Shown: positions 29,144 to 38,256 of the stretch, one piece after another
How the letters are laid out: every line of letters starts with the position of its first letter
Numbering within the stretch: position 1 is the first letter of the stretch
NCBI GenBank assembly: GCA_964570505.1
Contig: CAZMYL010000001.1
Span: 48,093 to 112,092 of the forward strand
Reading direction: 5' to 3'
Source: an uncultured Pseudomonadota bacterium
Lineage (GTDB): Bacteria > Babelota > Babeliae > Babelales > CAIQNR01
Length of the DNA stretch: 64,000 nucleotides
Position numbers and translations under genes: made by a program
The notes under the pieces: generated by a model
The model's input: the letters and a program-made list of their open reading frames with translations, nothing else
Database searches by the model: none
Told to the model about the DNA's origin: nothing

Positions 29144-31407
29144 ATAATGGTTAAAAAAGATGAATCAATAATTTTTAGTCCGTCTTTAAAACGTGCAGAA
29201 ATTAGTGTTTTTTCTGTTTTTTGTTCAATAGATTGAACAATGCCAAGTCCAAATTTAGGGTGTTTTACTGTTTGATGTTTTTTAAAACCAAGAGATTTTT
29301 TTTCAGGTAATGATTGAGATTGCGAAATAGTAGAAGTTTCATTTTTATGATACATCATTGTTTCGGAATCTCTTTTTTTATGCGGATAGGTAGAAAAAGT
29401 TAGAACATTAGATGATGTTTCATTAATTTTTAACCACTCAGAAAAATAGTTTTTGACTTCATACATTTGCCAATTACCTGCATAATCAAATTTACAGTAT
29501 GATCTTGGAATTTCATCAATAAATCGTGATGAAATTTGTTCTTCCATTGATCCATAAGTTTGTCTAAATTTTGCATGAGTAATAAGCAAATTGTTTCGAG
29601 CTCGCGTAATTGCTACGTAAAAAAGACGGCGTTCTTCTTCAAGATTTTCTTGTGATGTAAGAGATCTGCTTGATGGAAAAAGATTTTCTTCCATCCCTGT
29701 TATAATAACATGCTTAAACTCAAGTCCTTTTGCAGCATGAATTGTCATAAGCATTATGCCAGAAGAACCTTGATCTTTATCAGTTTTTTCTTGAAGTAAA
29801 GATATTTCATTAAGTAAATGTTCTAATGTTGGTTTACCTTGTCCTGCAAAAAAATGAGCAGCATTTAAAAATTCTTGTAAATTTTCTATGCGTTCTTGAG
29901 CTTCGTTTTTTTCATAAGTATCTTTTATATGTGCAATATAATTGCTGTTATTAATAACAGCAGCTACAGCTTCTGGTGCGTTGTCTGTTGATTTTATATT
30001 TTTAAAAATATTTAAAAAAGATTCAAGAGCTTTTGCTTTTGATCCTGTTATTAATTTTTCTTGTAAAAGTTTTTCACTTATTTGATGAATATTAAAAAGA
30101 GGTTCTTGTGCCCAGTGTGTTAAAAAGAGCTCTTGAAATACATCGCCAAGGCCACGAGCTGGGCAGTTTATAACACGATTAAATGCTATTTTATCAAATG
30201 GGTTATTGATGAGTCGTATAAATGCAACAATGTCTTTTATTTCTTTACGTTCATAAAATCGAATACCACCAATAATGGTATAAGCAATACCATATTTTAT
30301 AAGCGCTTCTTCAATTAATCGAGATTGAAAATGGGTTCTATATAAAATAGCTGATGATGTTAGTTCTTGAGTAGTATTGAGTAATTCACAATAGCGAGCA
30401 ATGATGTCAGCTTCTTGATATCCAGAAAGGCATTGTAATGCTCTTGCACAATCAGATCCTTTATGATCAGACCATAAATGTTTTTCATTACGATTATTAT
30501 TATTTTTTATGACAGTATTTGCAATTTCTAATATTGGCTCTTTTGAACGATAATTTTGTTCCATTTTTATAAGCGTTGTGTCTTTAAAATCATTTTGAAA
30601 ATGCATAATATTATCAACAGTAGCACCACGCCATGAATAAATAGACTGGTCTTCATCTCCAACTGCACATACAGAATCAATAGCAAGAGTTTTTTCTTTT
30701 GAAAGACTCATTAATTTTAATAATTCATGTTGAACATGGTTAGTATCTTGGTATTCATCAATAAGAATGTGTTTAATATATTGATGATGCCACATGCGTA
30801 CAGATTCATGTTTTTGTAATAATCGAGCGCCTTCCAGTAGAAGGTCATCAAAGTCAAAAGAGTTACTTGCCCGTTTTTCCTTTTCATACATTGTAACAAT
30901 ATCATGTACATGACGATCTTGAATCGATAAAAGCTGCTCTTGTTCATTAAGAGTTTGATTTTTTAATTTAGAGATAAGATAAGATAATTGCTGAGCTGTT
31001 TGTTTTTTATATAAAGGGCTGTTTTTTAAAAGTCGTGTAAGAAGTGAATGTTTATCATCTTCATCAAAAATCGAAAAATTATTAAAAGGAAGTAACTCTT
31101 TATGAACGCGCAATAAATATAAGCAATAAGAATGAAATGTTCCAATAAACGGAAGTGAATGGTTTGTATTAAGTGTATGTTGAATACGCTCTTTCATTTC
31201 TTGAGCAGCTTTATTGGTAAATGTAAGAGCAATAATTGTTTTTGGATTAACATAGTTATTGAGAATCATATGGCTAATACGATTAGTAATTACTCGTGTT
31301 TTGCCAGAGCCTGCTCCTGCAATAACTAAAAGCGGCCCTTGCGTGTGAAGAACCGCTTTTTGTTGTTCGGAGTTGAGATTTTGTTGATGTATTTTTTTTG
31401 TTTCCAT
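29140..31407 (-). CDS. uvrD: UvrD/PcrA/Rep-family ATP-dependent DNA helicase
   Basis: SF1 motifs AGAGSGKTRVITNR, TFTNKAAQEM, LIDEYQDTN, VGDEDQSIYSWRGA, QNYRS, TIHAAKGLEF, YVAITRAR. C-terminal Tudor-like HPKFGLGIV. Confidence 0.93.
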   Translation of the reverse strand: METKKIHQQNLNSEQQKAVLHTQGPLLVIAGAGSGKTRVITNRISHMILNNYVNPKTIIALTFTNKAAQEMKERIQHTLNTNHSLPFIGTFHSYCLYLLRVHKELLPFNNFSIFDEDDKHSLLTRLLKNSPLYKKQTAQQLSYLISKLKNQTLNEQEQLLSIQDRHVHDIVTMYEKEKRASNSFDFDDLLLEGARLLQKHESVRMWHHQYIKHILIDEYQDTNHVQHELLKLMSLSKEKTLAIDSVCAVGDEDQSIYSWRGATVDNIMHFQNDFKDTTLIKMEQNYRSKEPILEIANTVIKNNNNRNEKHLWSDHKGSDCARALQCLSGYQEADIIARYCELLNTTQELTSSAILYRTHFQSRLIEEALIKYGIAYTIIGGIRFYERKEIKDIVAFIRLINNPFDKIAFNRVINCPARGLGDVFQELFLTHWAQEPLFNIHQISEKLLQEKLITGSKAKALESFLNIFKNIKSTDNAPEAVAAVINNSNYIAHIKDTYEKNEAQERIENLQEFLNAAHFFAGQGKPTLEHLLNEISLLQEKTDKDQGSSGIMLMTIHAAKGLEFKHVIITGMEENLFPSSRSLTSQENLEEERRLFYVAITRARNNLLITHAKFRQTYGSMEEQISSRFIDEIPRSYCKFDYAGNWQMYEVKNYFSEWLKINETSSNVLTFSTYPHKKRDSETMMYHKNETSTISQSQSLPEKKSLGFKKHQTVKHPKFGLGIVQSIEQKTEKTLISARFKDGLKIIDSSFLTII

Positions 31408-31465
31408 AGGTGAGAAGTATAACTTAAGTATTAATTTTGACTATGGTTTGATGCATAATGTCTAA

Positions 31466-32482
31466 TTATTGTTTGCCTAACTTTTTTTTAATAGCTGCTA
31501 TAGTACTTGCAAGTTTAATAGCTTCATTTTGTAAAGGGTCAATTTTTTTTTGTCTTTCGTTATCTTGTTTTTTTAAAGATTTAGCTTCTTGTTTTTCTCT
31601 TGAAAGAAAAACTCTTTGTAAAAAAGAGGCTTGTCTGTCTTCATAAGGAGTTTCTTTTAAAGCTTCTATTTCTTTAATTTTTTCATCAAGATCTTTTTGT
31701 AACCGTTCTAAACTTTTTTGAATCTCTTCTGCTTTTTTTTCTGTAAAATTTAATAAAGGATTAGTTTGTGTTCTTTTAAGTCCACTATCTTCATAATATG
31801 GAGGAGCAGGGTCGTAGCATGTATTATGTGATATCTTTTCTATTGTTCCATCAGAAGCGGATCTTTGTCGTTGATGTGTTTTTTTTGGAGTTGAATAAAA
31901 AACTGCAGATGCTGGTGGTGCAGAAGGGGTAAATAATTGATCTGTATGTGAGTAATCACTTGATGACTCGTCATGACATGTAGTTAAAGAAAATGAGCGA
32001 CTTGATGAAGGTATAGCCATAGGTAATGATTGAGGAAGTGTTGGGTATAGTTGTGAAGCTCCTGATTGAGGATGTATTGTTTCATATATTGCATCATCTT
32101 CATCGTCACTTTCTAATGTATAATCACTTTTTAATGTTTTAGAAACATAAGATACTTGAAATGAGGGGCTATGAATTTTTGGTTTAATTTCTGACTGGGT
32201 AGGAGTAGATTGTGGAGCAGGTGGTACTGGTAGAGGAGTCTTTTTTATAGAAGGGTTTCCTATTATTTCACCGGTTTCTTGATTATAAAGAACTACTTTA
32301 ATTGGACCTTGATCTTTACTTTGGTTTGCATCAGATTCCCATATTTTTTTTGGTAAAGCAGTTGAAGTTGGTTCTGGTGCATGTATGTGATTAAATTGGT
32401 TACTATAGTGTTTTAATTTTTTACTAGATCCGTAGCTGTTTTGTAGTGCCAAGAGTGTGGTAAGTGTAAAAAGTATTTTCAT
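31466..32482 (-). CDS. Hypothetical secreted protein (Pro/Ser-rich centre, C-terminal coiled coil)
   Basis: Signal peptide MKILFTLTTLLALQNSYG, a disordered P/S/T-rich middle, and a K/E-rich heptad-like C-terminus. No family recognised. Confidence 0.65.
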   Translation of the reverse strand: MKILFTLTTLLALQNSYGSSKKLKHYSNQFNHIHAPEPTSTALPKKIWESDANQSKDQGPIKVVLYNQETGEIIGNPSIKKTPLPVPPAPQSTPTQSEIKPKIHSPSFQVSYVSKTLKSDYTLESDDEDDAIYETIHPQSGASQLYPTLPQSLPMAIPSSSRSFSLTTCHDESSSDYSHTDQLFTPSAPPASAVFYSTPKKTHQRQRSASDGTIEKISHNTCYDPAPPYYEDSGLKRTQTNPLLNFTEKKAEEIQKSLERLQKDLDEKIKEIEALKETPYEDRQASFLQRVFLSREKQEAKSLKKQDNERQKKIDPLQNEAIKLASTIAAIKKKLGKQ

Positions 32483-32650
32483 GATACTTTTCCTTCTCTT
32501 TGGAATAAAAACGACATATATTTCAAAATTTATGTTGAGTATGTTGAAAATTAATTCTTACATAACTACAAAATTTTATTAGGATAAGTAAAGATTTTAT
32601 AAGAAACAAATATACAATAAAAAATTATAAATATTATTGCATATATAAAC

Positions 32651-32977
32651 TTATTTTAAAAAATCACTATGTATGCTTTTAAATTGATTTAATATTGTCT
32701 GAAATAAACGGATGCTCTTTGTTTCATTTTCGGTTAATTCTCTATTAGAAGATTGTAATTGGTTATTAAGAAATGTATTAAATTCTAAAATTCTTAAAAT
32801 ATTAGTTGCTGTTTTATTATAATTATAAACTCCACAAGAAATAGAATTATCTATTAAAACAAGTCTAGAAGATGCATTATTACAAGTTTTTTCAATATTT
32901 TTTATTTGTAAATCAAAAGCTTTTGATTTATTGACGCATAAAATAATTAAAATATTTAAAATTAATTTACTTTTCAT
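32651..32977 (-). CDS. Hypothetical small secreted protein
   Basis: Signal-like MKSKLILNILIILCVNKSKA. 108 aa, Asn-rich. No family recognised. Confidence 0.45.
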   Translation of the reverse strand: MKSKLILNILIILCVNKSKAFDLQIKNIEKTCNNASSRLVLIDNSISCGVYNYNKTATNILRILEFNTFLNNQLQSSNRELTENETKSIRLFQTILNQFKSIHSDFLK

Positions 32978-33096
32978 AGATTGTTCTTTGTATTTAAAAT
33001 AATAAAAAATTTATATAGAAAATATACTAGAATAGTAAAAAAATAAAAGGTCATTTGTAATAAACAACCTTTTATTTTTTTTAAATATTTTATTTT

Positions 33097-34155
33097 TTAA
33101 AAACCAAATCGTTTTGCAATTGATGTAGTATTTTGTCCAAAATCTGAAGACATGGTGTCATGTAGGTTAACAAGTAAATCATTACGACGTTTTGAATAGC
33201 GTGTAATTCTGTGATTGTTCATAGATGTTTCTATAAACAATCTTCTTGCTTCTGCTAAGGCTTTACGATTTTCTATTACTTGAGCATCTCTTTCTGCTAT
33301 TTTTGTATCAAATGCTTCTTTTGTAAGTCCATTTAGTTTTAAAGAAGGTATAATCCTCATTTCATTAATATATGAACTTGTTTCTTTTTGACTAGCAGAT
33401 GAACAAAGAGTTGCTTTAATTTCATAAGCAATTGTTTTTTTTTGTGCTTCAAGAAGGTCTTTATATTTTCTTGTTTCTTCTCTGATTTTTCCAAGTGCAT
33501 CAAAAAATTCTTTTGTTCTTAATGTTTTATGCGCTTGAATAATATCATCTTTTTTAAAATTTAAAACGAGCATTAAATTTAAAAGCCAGTCTTTTTGTTC
33601 TTGTGTTAGTTGGTACGACCTTAAATCTATAACATTTGTATTGATAGGATTACTGTCAAATAATAATTCTAAAGAATCACTTACCCCTTCTACTGGGTTT
33701 ATTGTAAATTCGTGGGTTTTTTCTGAGAGCTCTTTAACTTTTTTATTTTCAGTCAAAGATTTAAGAACAGAATCGAGCTTTTTTTTGTGAAATTCTTTTT
33801 GTTCTTCTGAAACTGTAGATCCTTCTTCTGAAGTATTTATTGTATGTTTTTTTCCTTTATATGAATTTGCATATTGTGAAGGGTCTTGATACATAATATC
33901 ACGCAACGATTTTATTTTTGGTGAGCTTTGTTCTTGAGAAGGATCAACTAATTCAAAACTTTCTTGTCTTTCTAGTGACTCTTGTAATGGTTCTGATGTT
34001 GCTGGTGTACACTCAAGTTCTATTGTCTTTGTGGCTGATTGAATTGCAGTTTTTTCTTTCTTTCTCTTTTCAAAAAATTGCCTTTCTTTGTTTGCTCCAT
34101 TATTTAAAAATGGTATGAGTAAAGTTATACAAAGATAAGTTTGTAAGGCATTCAT
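33097..34155 (-). CDS. Hypothetical secreted protein
   Basis: Signal-like MNALQTYLCITLLIPFLNNGA. 352 aa, charged and helical. A weak hairpin (AAAAGGT 33044-33050 / ACCTTTT 33066-33072) with A/T runs lies just downstream of the stop. No family recognised. Confidence 0.6.
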   Translation of the reverse strand: MNALQTYLCITLLIPFLNNGANKERQFFEKRKKEKTAIQSATKTIELECTPATSEPLQESLERQESFELVDPSQEQSSPKIKSLRDIMYQDPSQYANSYKGKKHTINTSEEGSTVSEEQKEFHKKKLDSVLKSLTENKKVKELSEKTHEFTINPVEGVSDSLELLFDSNPINTNVIDLRSYQLTQEQKDWLLNLMLVLNFKKDDIIQAHKTLRTKEFFDALGKIREETRKYKDLLEAQKKTIAYEIKATLCSSASQKETSSYINEMRIIPSLKLNGLTKEAFDTKIAERDAQVIENRKALAEARRLFIETSMNNHRITRYSKRRNDLLVNLHDTMSSDFGQNTTSIAKRFGF

Positions 34156-34237
34156 AAATACTCCTTTATGAAATAAAATTATAGATGCCTGTGTTTTCTA
34201 ACTTTGTCTTTGAATAAAGTCAAGTATGTAAAAATAT

Positions 34238-35371
34238 TTATTTTTGATAATTTCTTAATGCTTCAATAAGAGGCTCGATTCCTTCTTTGCTTTTTGCACT
34301 AATAACAACACTTGGGTAATATTTTTCGCGCAATATTTTAGGTGCATGCAATTCTTCGGGCATGTCAGCCTTATTAAATACATAAAGCATAGGTTTATGA
34401 ACTTCAAGATCGTTTAAGATTTCATGAACAACATGAATATGATTTTCCCAGTCAGGATCTGCCATATCAACAATGTGAAGAAGTAAATCAGCATGTTTCA
34501 ATTCGCTTAGTGTTGATTTAAAAGCATCAATAAGTAAATGCGGAAGTTGTTGAATAAATCCAACGGTGTCAGATATAACACCTTTCTTTTTGCCATCAAT
34601 AAAAATTTCTCGTGTAGTAGTATCAAGTGTTGCAAAAAGTCTGTCTTCTGCAAGAACATCAGCTTTAGTTAATTGATTAATAATGGTTGATTTCCCTGAG
34701 TTGGTGTAACCAATGAGGCAAATTTGAAAAACATTATTAACAATTCTTTGTTTTGCACGTGTGTCGCGATTTTTTTGTATATCTTTGAGTTGACGTTGAA
34801 GACGATTTACTTGCTCTTCTAAGTGGCGAAGCTCTCTTTCTTTTGCAGTTTCTCCTGGTCCTTTGTTCCCTATACGGCCAGATTGTTGGCTCATAAGAAT
34901 ACCTTTTCCGGCTACTCGTGATTTTTGATGTTTAAAAAGAGCAATAGCTACTTGCATTTTTCCTTCTGCTGAATGAGCAGATTTTTCAAAAATTTCTAAA
35001 ATAAGTTGAGTTCGATCAAAAACTTTTGCGTTTAAAAGTTCACTTAAGTTACGTTCTTGAAGTGGTGTTAATTGATCAGAAATAATAATCTCTTCATATT
35101 TTTCAGCGTCACAAAGGGCTTGGACTTCTTCCATTTTTCCTTTGGTAAAAAAATGGCCTTTATCAATTGATCGTAATTTTACATAAATAATATTTTCGTA
35201 CGGAATTTCATTAGATTCTACAAGGTGTAAAAATTCATCAAAATAGGTTTGAATATTCGCTGCTTTGGTATAAGGAGCATCGACGGCAATAAGAAGTGTT
35301 TTTGGATGAAGCTGAGTGTCGTAAAACAATGGTTTTGTCATAGAGCCCTCTATTTTGATGGTGATATTCAA
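34238..35371 (-). CDS. hflX: GTPase HflX
   Basis: HflX N-terminal domain (RTQLILEIFEKSAHSAEGKMQVAIA), a coiled linker, and a G domain with GYTNSGKSTIINQLT, DTVGFI and NKAD. Confidence 0.92.
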   Translation of the reverse strand: MNITIKIEGSMTKPLFYDTQLHPKTLLIAVDAPYTKAANIQTYFDEFLHLVESNEIPYENIIYVKLRSIDKGHFFTKGKMEEVQALCDAEKYEEIIISDQLTPLQERNLSELLNAKVFDRTQLILEIFEKSAHSAEGKMQVAIALFKHQKSRVAGKGILMSQQSGRIGNKGPGETAKERELRHLEEQVNRLQRQLKDIQKNRDTRAKQRIVNNVFQICLIGYTNSGKSTIINQLTKADVLAEDRLFATLDTTTREIFIDGKKKGVISDTVGFIQQLPHLLIDAFKSTLSELKHADLLLHIVDMADPDWENHIHVVHEILNDLEVHKPMLYVFNKADMPEELHAPKILREKYYPSVVISAKSKEGIEPLIEALRNYQK

Positions 35372-35496
35372 TAAAAAATAAGCTGTAAAATAAAAAGATA
35401 ACGTATTGATTATATCGATACTTGCGATATTTGCAATGTGTGCTACACTTATGTTTCTTGTATTTGAGCTTAAAAACGTTTTAGAAGGATTAATGC

Positions 35497-35823
35497 ATGG
35501 CAGTATGTATACGACTCGCTCGCATGGGAAAGAAAAAAGCTCCTATGTATCGAATAGTCGCAATAGACAAACGCAGTAAAAGAGATGGCGCTTTTTTAGA
35601 AAATCTTGGCACATATAACCCACTTTCAGGTGAATTAGTTCAGTTTCATGCTGAAAAAATTCAATCATGGGTTGAAAAAGGTGCTCAGATGAGTGCGACA
35701 GTTGTAAAATTACAGCGTCAGCATAAGCGTTCGTCGGGCGTAGAAACAAAAGTAGTGGCTCCGGTTGTAAAAAAAGCTAAAAAAGCTGAAATTCAACAAG
35801 AGGCAGCTGTAGCTCAAGAATAA
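35497..35823 (+). CDS. rpsP: 30S ribosomal protein S16
   Basis: MAVCIRLARMGKKKAPMYRIVAIDKRSKRDGAFLENLGTYNP, with a basic and Ala-rich C-terminal extension. Confidence 0.96.
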   Translation: MAVCIRLARMGKKKAPMYRIVAIDKRSKRDGAFLENLGTYNPLSGELVQFHAEKIQSWVEKGAQMSATVVKLQRQHKRSSGVETKVVAPVVKKAKKAEIQQEAAVAQE

Positions 35824-35830
35824 TGAGCTT

Positions 35831-37129
35831 ATGAAAGTTTCAATTCTAACTGTTTTCCCAAATCTCTATACAGAGTTTTTGCAAACAAGTTTAATAAAAA
35901 GAGCGCATGAACAAGCAAAAGTTTTTTTTGATGTTCAGGCGTTCTCTTCTTTTTGTCAGCCAAAAGAGCATATAGACGGTCCTGTTGCTGGGCATGGTTC
36001 TGGAATGGTTATTAGGCCAGAAGTTGTGGAACGTGCGATTAATAATCAAGAAGCAGTGCATGGAGAAGCTTTTAAAATATTTTTGACGCCTCAAGGTAAA
36101 AAATTTGATCAAAAAATGGCTTTTGAGTTGGCTGAAGTATTAAAAGAAAAGAAACATATAGCTTTTTTTTCTGGGCGTTACGAAGGAATTGATCAACGAG
36201 TTCATGATGAATACGCTGATATTGAAATTTCTTTAGGTGATTTTGTTTTAATGGGTGGAGATTTGCCTGTTATGACAATACTTGAAGCTTTGTTGCGATA
36301 TATTCCAGGTGTTGTTGGCCGACAAGAGTCTGTTATTAAAGATTCTTTTTCTGGTCCGTTTATAGATTTCCCAACTTACACGGCTCCGCGGGTGTGGAGA
36401 GATAGATCTATTCCTGAGGTGCTTTTAAATGGCAATCATGCTGAAATGGAAAAATGGCGTACAGACTATGCAATTAAATATTCTGTTAAAGATCATTTTT
36501 CATGGGTTCGTTCTCATTGTGTAACTAAGAAAGATTCTGATCGGGTAGCTAAATTTATACCATCACATTATTGTGTTCTTATGCATAGTCAGGTAATGGT
36601 TCAGCAAGTGGTTGGGACTTCTTCTGTAACTTCTATAGATGTTCATGATATTGCAAGATCTGCTCGAACTTATGGAATTAAAAATTATTTTGTAGTAACT
36701 CCTCTTGTAGATCAGCAAAAAATTGTAACTAAAATTTTGCAGTTTTGGGATGAATCTGGGGTTGCTTATAATCATAATCGTGCTGATGCTGTTTCAAAAG
36801 TTGAGCTTAAAGATTCATTAGAAAGTGTTATTTCTGCTATAGAAATAAAAGAAGGTGTAAAACCCGTTATTATTGGAACTTCTGCAAAAAATGTTCATGG
36901 TTGTGTTCCTATTTCATATAATGATCAAGCTCTTGTATGGTCTCGAGAAAGGCCTGTATTATTTATTTTTGGGACAGCTCAAGGGTTAAGTTCTGAGCTC
37001 ATTAAGCGTTGCGATTATTTGTTAGGGCCTTTGGAGGGCTTTTCAGATTTTAATCATCTTTCAGTTAGGTCAGCTGCGGCTATTATTTTTGACCGTTGGT
37101 TAGGTAAATATAGCTTTACATCAGACTAG
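35831..37129 (+). CDS. trmD: tRNA (guanine37-N1)-methyltransferase TrmD fused to a second SPOUT-like (TM1570/PF09936-like) domain
   Basis: Residues 1 to about 235 carry TrmD hallmarks (SGRYEGIDQRV, SLGDFVLMGGDLPVMTILEA, EVLLNGNHAEMEKWR). Residues ~246-432 form a distinct domain (SIDVHDIARSARTYGIKNYFVVTPL, FIFGTAQGL, FNHLSVRSAAAIIFDRW). 432 aa versus about 240 for a normal TrmD. Confidence 0.88.
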   Translation: MKVSILTVFPNLYTEFLQTSLIKRAHEQAKVFFDVQAFSSFCQPKEHIDGPVAGHGSGMVIRPEVVERAINNQEAVHGEAFKIFLTPQGKKFDQKMAFELAEVLKEKKHIAFFSGRYEGIDQRVHDEYADIEISLGDFVLMGGDLPVMTILEALLRYIPGVVGRQESVIKDSFSGPFIDFPTYTAPRVWRDRSIPEVLLNGNHAEMEKWRTDYAIKYSVKDHFSWVRSHCVTKKDSDRVAKFIPSHYCVLMHSQVMVQQVVGTSSVTSIDVHDIARSARTYGIKNYFVVTPLVDQQKIVTKILQFWDESGVAYNHNRADAVSKVELKDSLESVISAIEIKEGVKPVIIGTSAKNVHGCVPISYNDQALVWSRERPVLFIFGTAQGLSSELIKRCDYLLGPLEGFSDFNHLSVRSAAAIIFDRWLGKYSFTSD

Positions 37130-37228
37130 TCAGATGAATGCTTTTGTTATATACTAAAAACTCTTTGTAAAAGAAAAATATTTTACTGAAAAACAAGCAG
37201 TAAAGATCAAACAGTAAAGGAATGCCTT

Positions 37229-37702
37229 ATGAAAGCTATTAAGCTTACAAGAGAAACAATTCGCGACCTTGGGGTTGTTGAAAGAAATTTTCCAAAATTT
37301 GAAATTGGGGATGCTATTGAAGTTTCTCAATGGATTGTTGAAGGAACAAAAAAGAGAACGCAGATTTTTGAAGGTGACGTTATTGCAATTCATAATAATG
37401 GAGCTTCAAGCACATTCACTGTTCGTAGAATTGGAGCAGATGCTGTAGCTGTAGAAAGAATTTATCCTTACTATTCACCAGTTATTGAAAAAATTGAAGT
37501 TTTGCGTAAGGGCGATGTTCGTAGAGCGAAACTTTATTATATGCGTGATCGTATTGGTAAATCAGCTCGCGTAAAAGAAAAGATTTTGACAAAAGAAGCA
37601 AAAGCTCGTCAAAAAGAAGCCGCTGCAAAAAATATAAATGTTAAGATGCAATCTGATGTTGCTGAAGTTGCTTCTGTGACAAGTAACTCTACTGCAGAGT
37701 AA
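37229..37702 (+). CDS. rplS: 50S ribosomal protein L19
   Basis: FEIGDAIEV...EGTKKRTQIFEGDVIAIHNNGASSTFTVRRI...VERIYPYYSP...RRAKLYYMRDR, plus a C-terminal extension of about 40 aa. Confidence 0.96.
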   Translation: MKAIKLTRETIRDLGVVERNFPKFEIGDAIEVSQWIVEGTKKRTQIFEGDVIAIHNNGASSTFTVRRIGADAVAVERIYPYYSPVIEKIEVLRKGDVRRAKLYYMRDRIGKSARVKEKILTKEAKARQKEAAAKNINVKMQSDVAEVASVTSNSTAE

Positions 37703-37720
37703 TTCAAGAATATAGATGTA

Positions 37721-38254
37721 ATGAATTTCCTTTTCTTGTTTGGTCTTGTCTTTTTATCAGGATGTTTACATCGTAATGATAAGAAAGATAAAGAATCAAA
37801 GGCCTCTAAAGTAGAAATAAATAATAGTGAAGGAGGAGCTCTTGTTTCTCCTTCACAAGATTTAAAAGCTTTACGCCTTCAAGTTTCTAACTTTGAAAAT
37901 TCTAAAGTTAGTTATTCATTATCGCAAAAAACTTCAAAAAAAAGTATTCAAGCTCATTTAACTGATATACCAGTTGTTTTGGGAGCTGTATCTTTTAATC
38001 AATCTTTTGATAATAATAATAATCGACATATTACTTATGTATCATCAAATTCTTATGATGATGTTCTTTCTTTTTATAAAAATGATTTAGTGCAATTTGG
38101 TTGGCGTGTTGTACTTTTTTATAGTGATGCAGATTCTTCTTTAATATTTGCAAAAAAACCGCATAAATATGCGGTTTTATCTTTAAAGAAGAATAAAAGT
38201 TTTTGGAAAAATGCTACATCTGTATTTGTAGATATTACAATTTCTTATATTTAA
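37721..38254 (+). CDS. Hypothetical lipoprotein
   Basis: Signal peptide with lipobox MNFLFLFGLVFLSGC. 177 aa. No family recognised. Confidence 0.6.
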   Translation: MNFLFLFGLVFLSGCLHRNDKKDKESKASKVEINNSEGGALVSPSQDLKALRLQVSNFENSKVSYSLSQKTSKKSIQAHLTDIPVVLGAVSFNQSFDNNNNRHITYVSSNSYDDVLSFYKNDLVQFGWRVVLFYSDADSSLIFAKKPHKYAVLSLKKNKSFWKNATSVFVDITISYI

Positions 38255-38256
38255 TA

